Assembly (NCBI GenBank): GCA_903905655.1
Contig: CAIVHG010000060.1
Location: forward strand, 7,034-71,033
DNA: 64,000 bases
DNA from: an uncultured beta proteobacterium
GTDB lineage: Bacteria > Pseudomonadota > Gammaproteobacteria > Burkholderiales > SG8-41
Direction: 5' to 3'
Shown here piece by piece: positions 63,815-64,000 of this stretch (within the stretch, counting starts at the first letter, position 1; each line of letters begins with the position of its first letter). A model generated the notes under the pieces. It ran no database searches, was not told where the DNA came from, and was given only the letters and a program-made list of their open reading frames with translations. The translations under genes were made by a program, and so were the position numbers.

Positions 63815-64000
63815 ATGAGCAAGCCGGCAGTGACGTGGACGGGGGGCAGGGAACACTGGACCAACAAGGGTGAGGTGCGGCTATTCCTGTGGCAGAAGCC
63901 CGCCCAGCCAGGCATCCCGCATGCGGGCACAGTACTGTTCGTGCACGGCTCGTCGATGGCTTCGCAGCCGACCTTCGATCTCACGGTGGCGGGACGGCCG
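63815..64000 (+). CDS. alpha/beta hydrolase, N-terminal part only (runs off the right edge)
   Basis: My own translation from the ATG at 63815 gives MSKPAVTWTGGREHWTNKGEVRLFLWQKPAQPGIPHAGTVLFVHGSSMASQPTFDLTVAGRP. LFVHGSS is a typical beta-strand 3/oxyanion region of alpha/beta hydrolases. No stop lies in the window. Confidence 0.55.
   Translation, partial: MSKPAVTWTGGREHWTNKGEVRLFLWQKPAQPGIPHAGTVLFVHGSSMASQPTFDLTVAGRP

Noticed and set aside
1-64000. Search for CRISPR arrays, tRNA/rRNA genes, integrases, transposases, prophage or toxin-antitoxin/defence modules.
   Set aside because: I found no regularly spaced direct repeats and no cloverleaf-like sequences in the intergenic regions I inspected. 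No ORF has recombinase, transposase, nuclease-NTPase defence or phage structural signatures. Absence is judged by eye only, and tRNAscan or Infernal should confirm it.

Overview
High-GC (roughly 60-65 % by eye), gene-dense chromosomal segment. It looks like a Burkholderiales-type betaproteobacterium; that placement is an inference from gene content, not a search result. I can support about 58 protein-coding genes. I saw no rRNA, tRNA, CRISPR array, intact IS/transposase, phage module or recognisable defence system. The window is dominated by 16 paralogs of the Bug/TctC periplasmic solute receptor, plus one 3' remnant, and no TctA/TctB membrane component is present. Between them sit orphan catabolic enzymes: three MmgE/PrpD paralogs, an aconitase-type large subunit with no small subunit, two amidohydrolases, a class II aldolase, a Gfo/Idh/MocA oxidoreductase, a lactonase, a Cys-type sulfatase, a lone molybdopterin XDH/CoxL-type subunit and a MetE-like protein. 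Housekeeping genes are ppk2, pssA, hrpA, a rhlE-like DEAD-box helicase, rlpA, a CDF transporter and an exonuclease/GIY-YIG fusion. The strongest finding is at 53132..54340 (-). Two adjacent track ORFs are in the same frame and separated only by a single TGA at 53873..53875. The joined product reads as a GrdB/PrdB-family (selenoprotein B-like) protein with ...LLTPI-U-PNCTC... at the junction. A perfect 17-nt hairpin starts exactly 11 nt downstream of the TGA, which is the geometry of a bacterial SECIS. This is therefore probably a selenocysteine-encoding gene in a non-canonical context: it follows an esterase gene and no glycine reductase partners are present. Other points worth a second look are three small intergenic repeat families (one MITE-like), a low-GC methyltransferase islet beside a Bug gene remnant, a decayed Bug paralog, a Zn-ribbon/hemerythrin fusion, and several secreted or duplicated-domain proteins of unknown function.
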